A stretch of 64,000 bases of DNA from Chrysomallon squamiferum (Eukaryota; Animalia; Mollusca), in NCBI GenBank assembly GCA_012295275.1, contig CM022675.1, forward strand, positions 6,138,001-6,202,000, read 5' to 3'. Under the pieces are notes generated by a model that worked only from the letters and a program-made list of their open reading frames with translations, searched no databases and was not told the origin of the DNA. This document shows positions 1 through 14,560 of the stretch, one piece after another. Each line of letters begins with the position of its first letter. Within the stretch, counting starts at the first letter, position 1. A program made the translations under genes and the position numbers.

Positions 1-1233
1 TTTATCAAGTAATGTGTACATTTATAGGTATGTACTGATATTGTTCCCTATCTCTCTAGGTCTCACTCTGTTTTTCTTCTTTTTTGTTACAGTTTGTTTG
101 TTTATGTATTTATTTATTACTGTTCTTTGTTTTCTCCAGTATATTTTTTAAAATTTATTTTCGTAATGGTGAACTAATTTCCTTATTACTTACTGACAGA
201 TGATTGGTTCAATCCTTGTCGGTGTCTTTGAAGCCAATAGGCAAGGATGGTGTGTAAAAGTCAAGCTATGTACTGTACAGTATTCAGCAAAAGATATGAA
301 AACAGAATGTAGCAAAGTTTCATTTTATTTTATTGTGAGTAATATTTGTCCCAGAAAAGTTATTACAATGGCAGATAAAAGTAACATCAAATAGATTTTG
401 TTTATTTCGGTTTTCATCCATTTCATTTCTCGTTGTTTCTTTCAGTCGTCATTCATCCTTCAAATATGTTTACAGGTTGGGTTAGAGTTAAGCATATAAT
501 TGTTTTAGTTTTAGAATTATGGTACTGCCTCAGGACTGGGTCAGGCTTAGAACTGTGTAAATATAAAGTTAGTAAGATACGTGATTATGTTTACAGTCAC
601 AATTAATTCAGTGCAGGTATTCGTGTTGAGGTCAAATTAGGTTTAATGTTAAAATTACTTTTAAAGTTAGGGTTTGGCTTTAATTTAGAATTATCTAAAA
701 TATTAATATCGAAGTCATGGTCGTTTTATGTCAGGATCAGGTTGAGCTATACACTGGTAATATTAAGTATTATAACTAGTTCTAAAGTTACAGATATGGT
801 TAGATTTGAATTAAAACTTTACTTTGTGTTTAAAAAAATACTGAGTATTAATAGTGTGAGCCGTACAGACTGATACGTGGTGATTTATACAGAAGTCATG
901 GAAGCTTTCTCTGGTACACTAACATTTATTTATATCTTCATAAACACTTAGGTATACACATTCTCAGAGATCCATTTTATGCATGCATTTACGACTGATC
1001 TCTTTTTTCTGTTTTATTTTTCTTCTTCTTTTATAGTGGGGGAGATAGCTCGTACATAACTCACTAGTTCCTTATCTGTGTTTAAAACACGCTCTCACTA
1101 GCGCTGTAACATGATAAACTAAGGACGACTCATTAATCTTTGAAATATGAGATAATTAAAACTAAATGAAAAAAGCTGTTTGAAACATAAGCAGAACTTA
1201 GTGAACAAACTATCAAACCCTCTTTTCATCCGC

Positions 1234-1500
1234 TCTGTAGTGCCTTGTCTGTGTCCACCCTATTCTACACTCTTTGTACCCCTGCTGTAGGACTTCATTT
1301 ATGTATATTATCATACCCTCTTTGTTTTCACAATCTCACCCAGTAGTATTTTAGTTGTGTATATTATTATACTCTTTGTTTTCACAATCTCACCCAGTAT
1401 TATTTTAGTTGTGTATATTATTATACTCTCTTTGTACACACCCTGTAGTACCTTGTTTGTGTCCACCCTATTCTACACTATGTGTACCCACGCTGTAGTA
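1234..1500. repeat. Small local tandem duplications (about 55-bp units)
   Basis: gtatatta..ctctttgttttcacaatctcacccagta occurs at about 1303 and 1359; ctgtagt.ccttgt.tgtgtccaccctattctacact occurs at about 1235 and 1443. Confidence 0.7.
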
Positions 1501-1790
1501 CATTACTTCCTACACAACACTACTCTTTTTTTCCCACACTATACTATTTTTTTTATTATTTTTTTTTTACTTCTATATTCTACACTATACCGCTTGTTTA
1601 TCGATATTTTGAATTAATGTTTTGTCAACCCACATTATCTGAAAATCATAGGAATAAAAACATTCTACAGGCGAATTTGATTGATACAAGTTATCGTTTT
1701 GCTGGTTTTCACAATGTTTCAGTTCGCTCGTTCGTATCGTGATGGTTTTAAACGATACAGTACAAAAATGTCATTGTCTCAAATAGTTTT

Positions 1791-1799
1791 AATAATAAT

Positions 1800-1852
<53 letters not shown>
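1791..1852. repeat. (AAT)n microsatellite
   Basis: Direct reading. Similar tracts lie at about 3645-3735, 33905-33965, 34450-34560, 51925-51985 and 52420-52480. Confidence 0.95.
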
Positions 1853-2293
1853 GCTCATGTAGGAGATTTACTCTCATTTTATTTGACCTGTCCATGACAA
1901 CAAATTCTATTCCACAAAATTGTAAATAAAAAATAATGAATTTTTCTCTGGTTATTTAAACTGAGTGTCGATCCGTTCTAACCACAGACTGACGACATAC
2001 GTATCAAATTATTACTGTGTTTCTTTATATCCATATACTGGAAAACATAAAGATAGTGTTACTCTTACTGATATGTGTGTAAAGTGTAGGGCGCCTGTAT
2101 CCTACATTCTAATCATTAAACAATTTTTGTCACTTATAAAACAAAACAAATGGTGTCACTCAGTTATTCATTATTCATAATTATTTTCTAAATAGCAAAG
2201 ACAGGAACTCTGTTGATGCAGGAAATAACTCTCTCTCTCCATGTATTAGTAAGTAAATTATATAGGATTGGTAGTAATAGTAATAATACTATT

Positions 2294-2748
2294 GCCAAAA
2301 AGTTCATTAACTAATTAATTAATTATCTGACACGTCATATTTTACAGTTTTATCATAAAAGGTTCGAAAACTTTTATATTATGTGAATTTATTCAGCGGC
2401 GTCATACCAGGAGAAAGGTTTTGTAAAGTTATTTAATAACTATTTCATTAATATTATTTCCCGATCTAAGAAACTGTCAAGACATTTAACATTATAACGT
2501 TTTCAGTGTCGCTTTTATATCTCTGTCTTCTTGTCTGTGTGTCCAACTATCTTTCTCACTTTTATTTCTCAACATTAATTCTACAAATCTCAGTACTGCC
2601 ACTGCCACCCTCCTCTTAGGTTATTGTGAATCACTCCCGTGTTCAAACTAACTTGGACGTGCACCATAAACAAAAGACAAAATTTAATCTAGGATTTAAA
2701 ACAGTGTCTGCTGTTCTTGTTATGTTAAAACTGATGTGTCTGTGTGTC

Positions 2749-2782
<34 letters not shown>

Positions 2783-3643
2783 TGTGTATGTGTGTGTGTG
2801 TGTGTGTAAAAATGATTTGTATTGTAAACTATTTTAGAAAGATGGGGTCACAATATTTATTTTTAGCACTCCAAACATCAAATCTCTCTCCTTATAGGCT
2901 AGGGAATGGTAGAAAACTGAAATCAAATCGAAATCAAATCGAATCAATAAATAAATAAACAAACAAACAAAGAAATCGAAAAACAAACAAACAGAATAGA
3001 GCAAAATTTAAAAAACTACCTTATTCAAACTAAGTTGGATGTGCACTTTAAACAAAAGACAAAATTTAATCTAGGATTTCAAACAGTGTCTGTTGTTCTT
3101 GTTATGTTAAAACTGGTGTGTGTGTGAGTGCGTGTGTGTGTGTGTTTGTGTGTCTGTGTGTGTGTATGTGTATGTAAAAGTGATTTGAATTGTAAACTAT
3201 TTTAGAAAGATGGGGTCACAATATTTATTTTTCTGAAATCAAATCGAACATCCAAATCAAATCGAATAAATAAATAAATAAACAAACAAACAAAATAGAG
3301 CAAAATGAAAACAAAAAACAAATGTTGTTTTGTTCCTCAGCCTAAAAACGCTGAAGCCTCAGTACCGGCCCTGTGTCCTCCTCTGTGCTTTTTGTGAATC
3401 AGTCCCTTCCTAGAACTAACTCGAGCGTGCACAGAAAACAAAAGATGAAATATGATTTGTAAAACCGGGATTAAAAACACACATCTTCAGACCACCAGAG
3501 GTATAGAGTTTAGCTTCTAGTCATGTTTTTGAGATATCAATCACTATGTTCTGTTGTTCGTGTTTATAAGAGACAAAGGGGTCAAACAACAGTCTTCATA
3601 TCTGTGAATCGAAAATTTTATTCAATGCGTCACACAGTTATCA

Positions 3644-3707
<64 letters not shown>

Positions 3708-3896
3708 TATAATTATAATAGTAGTATTAGTAATAATAACATCAACAACAACAAAGAAATAATAACAATAATAATAAAAACAACAACAAAGAAATAATAA
3801 CAATAATAATAAAAACAACAACAGTAATAGCAACTACACAAACACAACAAAAGAAATAAATTGTAAATTCCATAAGCAAAAAGAACGGTTTTATTT

Positions 3897-3938
<42 letters not shown>

Positions 3939-4251
3939 AGAACCAACAAAAAAGAACAAATTGGAAATAGAAAATAATATAACATAAACTCATCTAATTC
4001 AGTAAATGTTGTTATTCTCAGTCGATAAATTAAATTTATTTCCCAATGTAACACTTACTTATTGTATATTAATCATTGTTAGAAATACAGCTATTTCGTA
4101 ATCTGTTAATCTACCACACTTTGTAATAATACACTTCACCCCGCCAAAACTAAATCTGTTTAAACTTGAATACTGAACTGGCGAGTATCGTGTCTTTTAA
4201 ACTGTACAAATGAAAAACGATACTCATAATAATAATAATAATAATAAATTA

Positions 4252-4301
<50 letters not shown>

Positions 4302-7300
4302 CTATCTATATATCTATATATCTATACATCTATGTGTCTATTATTCCATCCATATATGTTTATATATATAATAAAAAAAGGAATAAGTTATAAAAAAACA
4401 ATAAGATAATAAAATATAGTCTGTGTGCACAAACCCTCCTTTCGTATACTCTCTTTACAGCACATTAAAAGATTCCGTAACCTTCGAAATCCGAGACGAT
4501 AATTCTTGTCCCGGGCATTTTGAAAATGAGTTAATGTGCTTCAGTTCTGTCAAATTAATGACAAAATGAAAAAGGATTAAACTCTTCATCAGAACTGTAC
4601 ACCTCTCTTCAGACCACTTGAAACTGTAAAGCCATCGACATATAGATAACTGTAATATAATTATTAGAATAAATAAAAATAAAACGTTTATTCCGCCAAA
4701 TGATATTTACTAAAGTATTTTTCGCCTTGATATGAATGCCAGTAAGTATACAATGAATGTAATCGGGTGTAACCACGTACAATCACGGACGTGTACGAAC
4801 TAATAATCTCGAGAATTCACGCGAGATTCTCAATCATGCGATAAAAACTGCGTCTTGTTGTTAGGCGGCAGTCGCAGCGCAAATTAAAATGAAAGATCTA
4901 CAAAGAATTGGTTAGTTAATTGCTTCTGTTTGGAGGTAAGTGTATACTTAATTATTTTTGTATATTCAGTTTCATTTTTTTTATAATATACTTTTGTATT
5001 TATATGTAATATTAATTATAGGTCATAACGGTGAGGTTTGTCACTCTGAGGTAGGGGCAGTGTGACATTGTGTCGACTGACAGTCGAGTCTGTGGTTTAA
5101 GAAAAGTTTTTACTTTTGGAACAAATGTTATATGTCATTAAAATATTTAACATATAGAAGTTAAATATCTTCTTAATTATTACTTCTAACTGTTTACAGA
5201 CATCGTGTAATTAACAGATAAACATAAAAAATCGAAAAATAGGGATATCAGCCGATTTACTTTTGTCAGATAAATTAGGAACGTAGAGAGGTTATCTCTG
5301 TCATATTTGTTAATTATGTAAATACTGACAAAGCAGAATTTCTCAGAATCACTAGTTGAGAAAACTGAGTTTGGTAGTTTGGCCTTCTCTTCAGACTGAA
5401 GTCCGTATGAACCATGCATTTCCAGGCGCCTTGACGCGAAACAATTTGAGATAAAACGTCTGGGTGGTTTCAGCAAGAATGGATTCTAATTTATCTGTGG
5501 TCGATCCACATTTCTTAACATTTGTCTGAGATTCGAAGGTGGTTGATCTGCCATTTTGGCCGTCTATCAATGAAATTTTTATTTTTTTATTCTTATATTA
5601 TTAATATTTCTTTTGCATTGAGTTTCACATCATATGTTTGAAGTCCTCCATTTTTTAAGTTTTTAGTCATAATATTCATTGTTCCATTTTAAGGTGATTA
5701 AAACGGCACAGGTTAGAATTGATATAGATGGAAAAATCTTTAAACAACACACCATATCTTTCTTCACCCAGGTACCTTAACTTTACCTGCTTTCTAAGAG
5801 ACATTTCTTTATAATAACGAAACAATCTAGTTCGTCATTCTAAATTAGGAAATGACAGTAAAATACAAACTTAATTATTGATTCTTTTATTTAATCATGT
5901 GTTTCATGAAAACGGATGTCACCTTTAGAATACCACAACATAACCTATAACTTTGCAACAAGATATTTTGTTTTTCTTCTTAAATCATTTACACTGGCTG
6001 AATATAACATCGCTATTAACAGCATTGCAACTTTCTGACAATAACAGAATGTCAGGATTACTCAAATGGAAGTAGAAAAAATCTTATAATATTTTTTCTT
6101 CATTTCATTGAAGTAATCATTCTCATTTTGACATTTATTATTTAACCTAATTAAAAGTAAAATCATGAAATAAATAGTCAAACATTTTTGTTTGAAACCC
6201 AAGTGTAGACAATAATGAATATAATTGTTGTTGTGAAGGAAATTAATTTATGTTTGTAATTTTTGAGACATGAAGTTTATCTTAATTTTGGGCTTCATTC
6301 TGAGACATTTTTGATTTGAACTGTCTCGTTTGCCTTTCTTTTTTATGTAATGTAGTTTTAAGATAGTTATATCCTAAAAATATGAACATTCTTGAAACCA
6401 TATCTATATACAGGTTTATATACAATAACACAAATAAATAATAAAATAATAATAATAATTAATACAAGTCAGCCCAAATATCAATATCTAAATGTGTATT
6501 ACCTTTTCATCTTGAATTTTTATTTTGTTCAGTGTACTTGCTAAACGTGCATTTTGAAACTGGAGAGAGATATTTTTAGAAAAAACCCCAAGAAAAAACA
6601 ACAATAAGAAATATTTCTTGATAATCAAAAAGTTCATTAACTAATTAATTAATTATGTGAACGGTCATATTTTGCAGTGTAATCATAAAACGTTCGAAAA
6701 CTTTTATATTATGTGAATTTATTCAGCGGGATCATGCCAGGTGAAAAGTTTTGGAAAGTTATTTAATAACTATTTCATTAATATTATTTCCCGATCTAAG
6801 AAACTGTCAAGACATTTAACATTATAATGTTTTCGGTGTTGCTTTTAGATCTGTCTTCTTGTCTGTGTGTCCAACTATCTTTCTCACTTTTATTTCTCAA
6901 CATTAATTCTACAAATCTCAGTACTGACACTGCCACCCTCCTCTTAGGTTATTGTGAATCACTCCCGTGTTCAAACTAACTTGGACGTGCACCATAAACA
7001 AAAGACACAATTTCATCTAGGATTTCAAACAGGTCTCCTGTTCTTGTTATGTTAACACTGGTGTATGTGTGAGTCTGTGTGTGTGTGTGTGTGTTTCTCT
7101 GTGTGTGTGTATGTGTATGTAAAAGTGATTTGAATTGTAAACTATTTTAGAAAGATGGGGTCACAATATTTATTTTTAGCACTCCAGACATCATATCTCT
7201 CTCCTTATAGGTTACGGAGTGTTACACAACTGAAATCAAATCGAATATCGAAATCAAGTCGAATCAATAAATAAATAAACAAACAAACAAACAAAATAGA

Positions 7301-10300
7301 GCAAAATGAAAGAAACAGTATATTGTTTTCTTTCTCAGCCCCAAAACGCTGAAGCCTCAGTACCGGCCCTGTGTCCTCCTCTGTGCTTTTTGTGAATCAG
7401 TCCCTTCCTAGAACTAACTCGAGCGTGCACAGAAAAGAAAAGATTAAATATGATTTGTAAAACCGGGATTTAGAACACACACCTGCAGACCACCAGTGAG
7501 CTATAGAATTTAGCTTCTAGTCATGTTTTTGAGATTTCAATCATTGTGTTCTGTCGTTCGTATTTATTAGCGACAGAGGGGTCAAACAGCAGTATTCATA
7601 TCTGTGAATCGAAAATTTTATTCAAAGCGTATCACAGTAATAATAATAATAATATTAATTCTAATAGCAGTAACAGTAATAATGACATCAATAACTACAA
7701 AGCAATAATAACAATAATAATAAAAACGACAACAGTAATAGAAACTACACAAACACAACAAAAGAAATAATCTGTAAATTCCATAACCAACAAAAATTAT
7801 TTTCTTTTTTTAGAAAAATAACAAAACAAAAAAATAGAACGAACAAAAAACAACAAATTGGAAATAGAAAATAATGTAACATAAACTCAATCTGCGTAAC
7901 TAAACTAATTCAGTAAATGTTGTTATTCTCAGTCGATAAATTAAATTTATTTACCAATGTATCACTTACTCATTGTATATCAAGCATTGTTAGAAATACA
8001 GATATTGCGTAATCTATTACTCTACCACACTTTGTAATAATACACTTCACCCCGCCAAAACTAAATCTTGTTTAAACTTGTATACTGAACTGGCGAGTAT
8101 CGTGTCTTTTAAACTGTACAAATTGATGAGAAGTAGAAGAATATTTCTTCTAGTGTTTCATTTTTATTTTTTCAGTTACATCTCATTTCTTACTATTATC
8201 ATCATGATCATCCTATTTAGTTATTTCTTTCTTCATTTCTTTCGTTAACCTGATTTCATTACTTTTATTTCATTTTTTGTTATTCCATCATAAATTATAT
8301 TTATCGCGGTTTCTGGTCTGAATGGTATTAATAACTGAAATTTGACTCGTCCAGTCTAAAGTGTAGCAGACTATAATAACGTCACGTATCAAGGTGTTAA
8401 CTATATGACACAGCTTAAAATGACTATTCTGTATCCACTAGAGAACAATAACACAAACAAGAATTCAGTATGGACAATAGTTGTATATATATATATATAT
8501 ATATATAGTTGAGAGCACTTGGTTATTTGATTTTTCTAATTGATCTTTTAATTATTGACATACGTTATCTTAGTTTTTAAGCGTAAGTACGTGCCCAAGA
8601 GTAACACATTTAGCTATCTTCAATCACTCAACATGTACGTTACATATAGTAGTGATATACAAAACCTCAGACACGTGCCTGAGTTTAAAGAATGGCTGAT
8701 CTGCACATTTTTGCGTCAATCAATTAATTTTTAATTATTTTTTTGCTATTTTTTTATTATTAATATTTTTTTTACATTGGCTTTTGACATGACATGTTTG
8801 AAATACTCCATATTTTAAATTTTCAGTCATACTATTTATTATTCGATTCTAAAGTGATTAAAATGGCACAGGTTAAAACTGATACAGGATCAAAAATCTT
8901 TAAACAACACATCATATCTTTCTGTTCTCAAACTAACTCGAGCGTGCACAGAAAAGAAAAGACGAAATCTGATTTGTAACACTCGGATTTAAAACACGTG
9001 TCTACAGATCTCCTGTGAGGTATCCTGTTTAGTACTTGTTCATGTTATTGAGATATCAATCTTTTTTTTCTTTTTTTCTTTGTACGCATAAATGAGAGAG
9101 GGTCAAAGAAAATCCTTGATATCAGTGAATAGAAAATTTGATACTATGCGTCAAACAGTAAAAATAATAATAATAATAACAATAACAATAACAACAACAA
9201 CAACAATAATGATAATAATAGTAATAATAATAATAATAATAATAGTAGTAATAGTAACAATAACAATAATACTACGTATTTAAATTAATCACGTTGCCAA
9301 TTATCTCACTTTTTTTTTTTAAAAACAAAGGCGCTACGTTTATAATTTGTTATGTATAACTAATTTATTTTTATAAAATCACCGTCACAGTCTGTAACAA
9401 TATATTAGACACAACAACTGGTTTGTAAATGGACAGTGTAAAATAATACACTTCATCCCGCCAAAACTAAATCTTGTTTAAACTTGAATACTGAACTGGC
9501 GAGTATCGTGTCTTTTAAATTGTGCAAATGAAAAACGATACTCATAATAATAATAATAATAATAATATTAATAATAATAATAAATATATATCTGTCTATC
9601 TATATATCTATATATCTATCCATCTATGTTTCTATTATTCCATCCATATTTCTTTATATATATATAATAAAAAAGGAATAAGTTATAAAAAAAAAACAAT
9701 AAGATAAGAAAATAACAAACCCTCTTTTCGTATACTCTCTTTATAGCACATTAAAAGATTCCTTAACCTTCGAAATCCGAGATGATAATTCAAGTCCCGG
9801 GCATTTTGAAAATGTGCCTCTGTTCTATCAAATTAATGACAAAAAGAAAAAGGATTAAGCTGTTCATAACAATTGTACACCTCTCTTCATACCACTTGAA
9901 ACTGTAAAGCCATCGACGTATAGATAACTGTAATATAATTATTAGAATAAATAAAAATAAAACGTTTATTCAGCCAAATGATATTTATTAAAGTATTTTT
10001 CGCCTTGATATGAATGCCAGTAAGTATACAATGAATGTAATCGGGTGTAACCACGTACAATCACAGACGTGTACGAACTAATAATCTCGAGAATTCACGC
10101 GAGATTTTCAACCATGCGATAAAAACTGCGTCTTGTTGTTAGGCGACAGTCGCAGCGCAAATTAAAATGAAAGATCTACAAAGAATTGGTTAGTTAATTG
10201 CTTCTGTTTGGAGGTAAGTGTATACTTAATTATTTTTTCATATTCAGTTTCATTTTTTTATTATACACTATTGTATTTATCTGTAATATTACTTATAGGT

Positions 10301-11081
10301 CATAACGGTGAGGTTTGTCACTCTAAGATAGGGGCAGTGTGATACTGAGTCGACTGAAAGTCGAGACTCTGGTTTAAGAACAATTTTTACTTTTCGAACA
10401 AATGTTATATATCATTAAAGTATTTAACATATAGAAGTTAAATATCTTCTTAATTATTACTTCTAACTGATTACAGACATCGTGTAATTAACAGATAAAC
10501 ATAAAAAATCGAAAAATAGGGATATCAGCCAATTTACTTTTGTCAAATAAATTAGAAACATATAGAGGTTATCTGTGTCATATTTGTTAATTATGTAAAT
10601 ACACAGTAATAGCACCTACACAAAAACGACAAAAGAAATAAACTGTAAATTTCATAACCAACAACAACAACAAAAAAAAAAAAAAAAATAGAACTAACAA
10701 AAAAGAACAAATTGGAAATAGAAAATAGTATAACATAAACTAAATCTGCGTAACTAATCAAATGCAGTAAATGTTGTTATTCTCAGTCGATAAATTAAAT
10801 TTATTTCCCAGTGTAACACTTACTTATTATATATCAATCATTGTTAGAAATACAGCTATTTCGTAATCTGTTACTGTACCACACTTTGTAATAATACACT
10901 TCACCCCGCCAAAACTAAATCTTGTTTAAACTTGAATACTGAACTGGCGAGTATCTTCTCTTTTAAATTGTACAAATGAAAAACGATACTCATAATAATA
11001 ATAATAATAATAAATATATATCTGTCTATCTATATATCTATATATCTATCCATCTATGTGTCTATTATTCCATTCATATAT

Positions 11082-11120
<39 letters not shown>

Positions 11121-14100
11121 TATAATAAAAAAAAGGAATAAGTTATAAAAAAAACACACAATAAGATAAGAAAATATCGGCTGTGTGCACAAACCCTCGT
11201 TTTGTATACTCTCTTTACAGCACATTAAAAGGTTCCTTAACCTTCGAAATCCGAGACGATAACTCTTGTCCCGGGCATTTTGAAAATGTGCCTCTGTTCT
11301 ATCAAATTAATGACAAAAAGAAAAAGGATTAAGCTGTTCATAACAATTGTACACCTCTCTTCATACCACTTGAAACTGTAAAGCCATCGACGTATAGATA
11401 ACTGTAGTATAATTATTAGAATAAATAAAATAAAACGTTTATTCAGCCAAATGATATCTACTAAAGTACTTTTCGCCTTGATATGAATGCCAGTAAGTAT
11501 ACAATACATGTAATCGGGTGTAACCACGTACAATCACGAACTAATAATCTCGAGAATTCACGTGAGATTTTCAATCATGCGATAAAAACTGCGTCTTGTT
11601 GTTAGGCGGCAGTCGCACTGCAAATTAAAATGAAAGATCTACAAAGAATTGGTTAGTTAATTGCTTCTGTTTTGGAGGTAAGTTTATACCTAATTATTTT
11701 TTCATATTGAATTTCATTTTTTTATAATATACTTTTGTATTTATATGTAATATTAATTATAGGTCATAACGATGAGGTTTGTCACTCTAAGGTAGGGGCA
11801 GTGTGACATTGTGTCGACTGACAGTCGAGTCTGTGATTTAAGAAAAGTTTTTACTTTTGGAACAAATGTTATATGTCATTAACGTATTTAACATATAGAA
11901 GTTAAATATCTTCTTAATTATTACTTCTAACTGCTTACAGACATGGTGTAATTAACAGAGAAATATAAAAATTGGAAAAATAGGGATATCAGCCAATTTA
12001 CTTTTGTCAAATAAATTAGAAACGTAGAGAGGTTATCTCTGTCATATTTGTTATTTATGTTAATATTGACAAAGCAGAATTTCTCAGAATCACTGGTTGA
12101 GAAAACTGAGTTTGGAAACTTGGCCTTGTGTTCAGACTGAATTCCGTATCAGCCACGCATTTCCAGGCACCTTGACGCGAAACAATTTGAGAGAAAAAGT
12201 CTGGGTGGTTTCAGCAAGAATTGATTATAATTTATCTGTGGTCGATCCGCATTTCTTAGCATTTGTCTGAGTTTACAGAGTTGTTGATCTGCCATTTTTG
12301 ACCGTCAGTCAATTCAATTTTTATTTTCTTATTCTTATGTTATTAATATTTCTTTTACATAATATACTATTCTATTTATCTGTAATATTAATTATAGGTC
12401 ATAACAGTGAGGTTTGTCACTCTAAGATAGGGGTTCTGTGATACTGAGTCGACTGACAGTCGAGTCTGTAGTTTATTTTTCCACAAAAATATTACATACA
12501 TTTACATATTTAAAATATAAAAGTTAAATATCTACAAAAATATTACATACATTAACATATTTAAAATATAAAAGATAAATATCTTTTTAATTATTCCTTC
12601 TTATTGTTTACATATATGGTGCAATTATCAGATAAATATAAATAATCCTAGCGATAGGCAAATCAGTCAGTTTAGTTTGTTTACAAAATTAGGAACGTGA
12701 CATTAATATACTTTTTTTTGCAGGTGTTATTTCACCATGTCACTGATAGGAATTCGTTAGCTAACCGCTTCTGTTTCGAGGTAAGTGGATAATTAATTTT
12801 TTTCTTCATATTCTGTGCCATATTTCTTCTTTTTTATAATATATTACCATGTTCACTTGTAACATAATTAGAGGTCACAAGGGTGTGGATTGTCATTCTC
12901 ACACAATGTGACACTGAGTCGACTAACTGTCCAGTCTGTGGTTTAAGAACAATTTTTACTTTTGGAACACGTTATCTGTCATTAACGTATTTAACTTATA
13001 GAAGTTAAATATCTTCTTAATTATTACTTCTAACTGCTTACAGACATGGTGTAATTAACAGATAAATATAGAAAAATAGAAACTATAGGGATATCAGCCA
13101 ATTTACTTTCGTCAACTAAATTAGGAACCTAGAGAGGTTATCTCTGTCATATTTGTTAATTATGTAAATATACAGTAATAGCAACTACACAAAAACAACA
13201 AAAGAAATAATCTGTAAATTCCATAACCAACAACAAAAAAACAATAAATTGGAAATAGAAACTGAAACTGCGTAACTAATCAAATGCAGTAAGTGTTGTT
13301 ATTCTCAGTCGATAAATTAAATCTATTTCCCAATGTAACACTTACTTATTGTATATCAATCATTGTTAGGAATACAGCTATTTCGTAATCTGTTACTCTA
13401 CCACACTTTGTAATAATACACTTCACCCCGCCAAAACTAAATCTTGTTTAACTTGAATACTGAATTGGCGAGTATCGTGTCTTTTAAATTGTACAAATTG
13501 ATGAAAAGTAGAAGAATATTTCTTCATGTGTTTCATTTAAGTTTTTTCAATTACATCTCTTTTCTTACTGTTATCATCATGATCATCCTATTTAGTTATT
13601 TCTTTCTTCATTTCTTTCGTTAACCTGATTTCATTACTTTTATTTCATTTTTTGTTCTTCCATCATAAATTACATTTATTTATTTGTTTATATTTATCAC
13701 GGTGACTAGTCTGAGTGGTTTTAATACCTGAAATTGGGCTCGTCCCGTCTAAACTGTAGCAGACTATAATAGCGTCACGTGACAAAGTGTTGATTATCTG
13801 AGACAGCTTAAACTACTAAATGACTATTCTGTATCCACTAGAGAACAATAACACAAACAATAATTCAATATGGACAATAGTTATATATATATATAGTTGA
13901 TACCACTTGGTTATTTGATTTTTCTAATTAATCTTTTAATTATTGACATATATTATCTTAATTTTTAAGCGTAAGTACTTACCCAAGAGTAACACACACA
14001 AAAAATCAACAGTAACAGATTTAGCTATCTTCAATCACTCAACATGTACGTTACATATAGTAGTGATATACAAAAGCTCAAACACGTGTCTGAGTTTAAG

Positions 14101-14560
14101 GAGTGGCTGATGTGCAATTTTTGCGTCAATGAATTAACATTTTTATTATTTTTTGTTATTTTTTATTATTAATATTTATTTTACATTTATTTTCACATGT
14201 CATGTTTGAAATACTCCATCTTTTTAGTTTTTAGTCATAATATTTATTATTCGATTCTAAAGTGATTAAAATTGCACAGGTTAAAACTGATACAGGATCA
14301 AAAATCTTTAAACAACACACCATACATTTCTGTTCTCAAACTAACTCGAGTGTGCACACAGAAGAAATCTGATTTGTAACACTCGGATTTAAAACACGTG
14401 TCTACAGATCTCCTAAGAGCTATCCTGTTTAGTACATAGTCATGTGTTTGAGATATTAATCTTTTTTTTTTGGTTCTTAGTACGCATAAATGAGAGAGGG
14501 TCAAAGATAATCCTTGATATCTGTGAATAGAAAATTGGATATAATGCGTCAAACAGTAAT
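2294..14560 (+). repeat. Mosaic of nested, direct segmental duplications of non-coding blocks
   Basis: 2294-3640 matches 6626-7640. 3830-5780 recurs in pieces at about 7740-8125, 9445-10600, 10605-12360 and 12930-13500. 8125-9160 matches 13500-14560. Confidence 0.9.
4800..4941 (+). promoter_or_regulatory. Putative promoter / non-coding first exon module (copy 1; others at about 10080-10219, 11540-11683 and 32180-32319)
   Basis: A locally CpG-rich block (ctcgagaattcacgcgagatt...ggcggcagtcgcagcgc) ends in a strong 5' splice site, GAG|GTAAGT, with GT at 4936. A homologous block lies upstream of gene 2. Confidence 0.5.
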
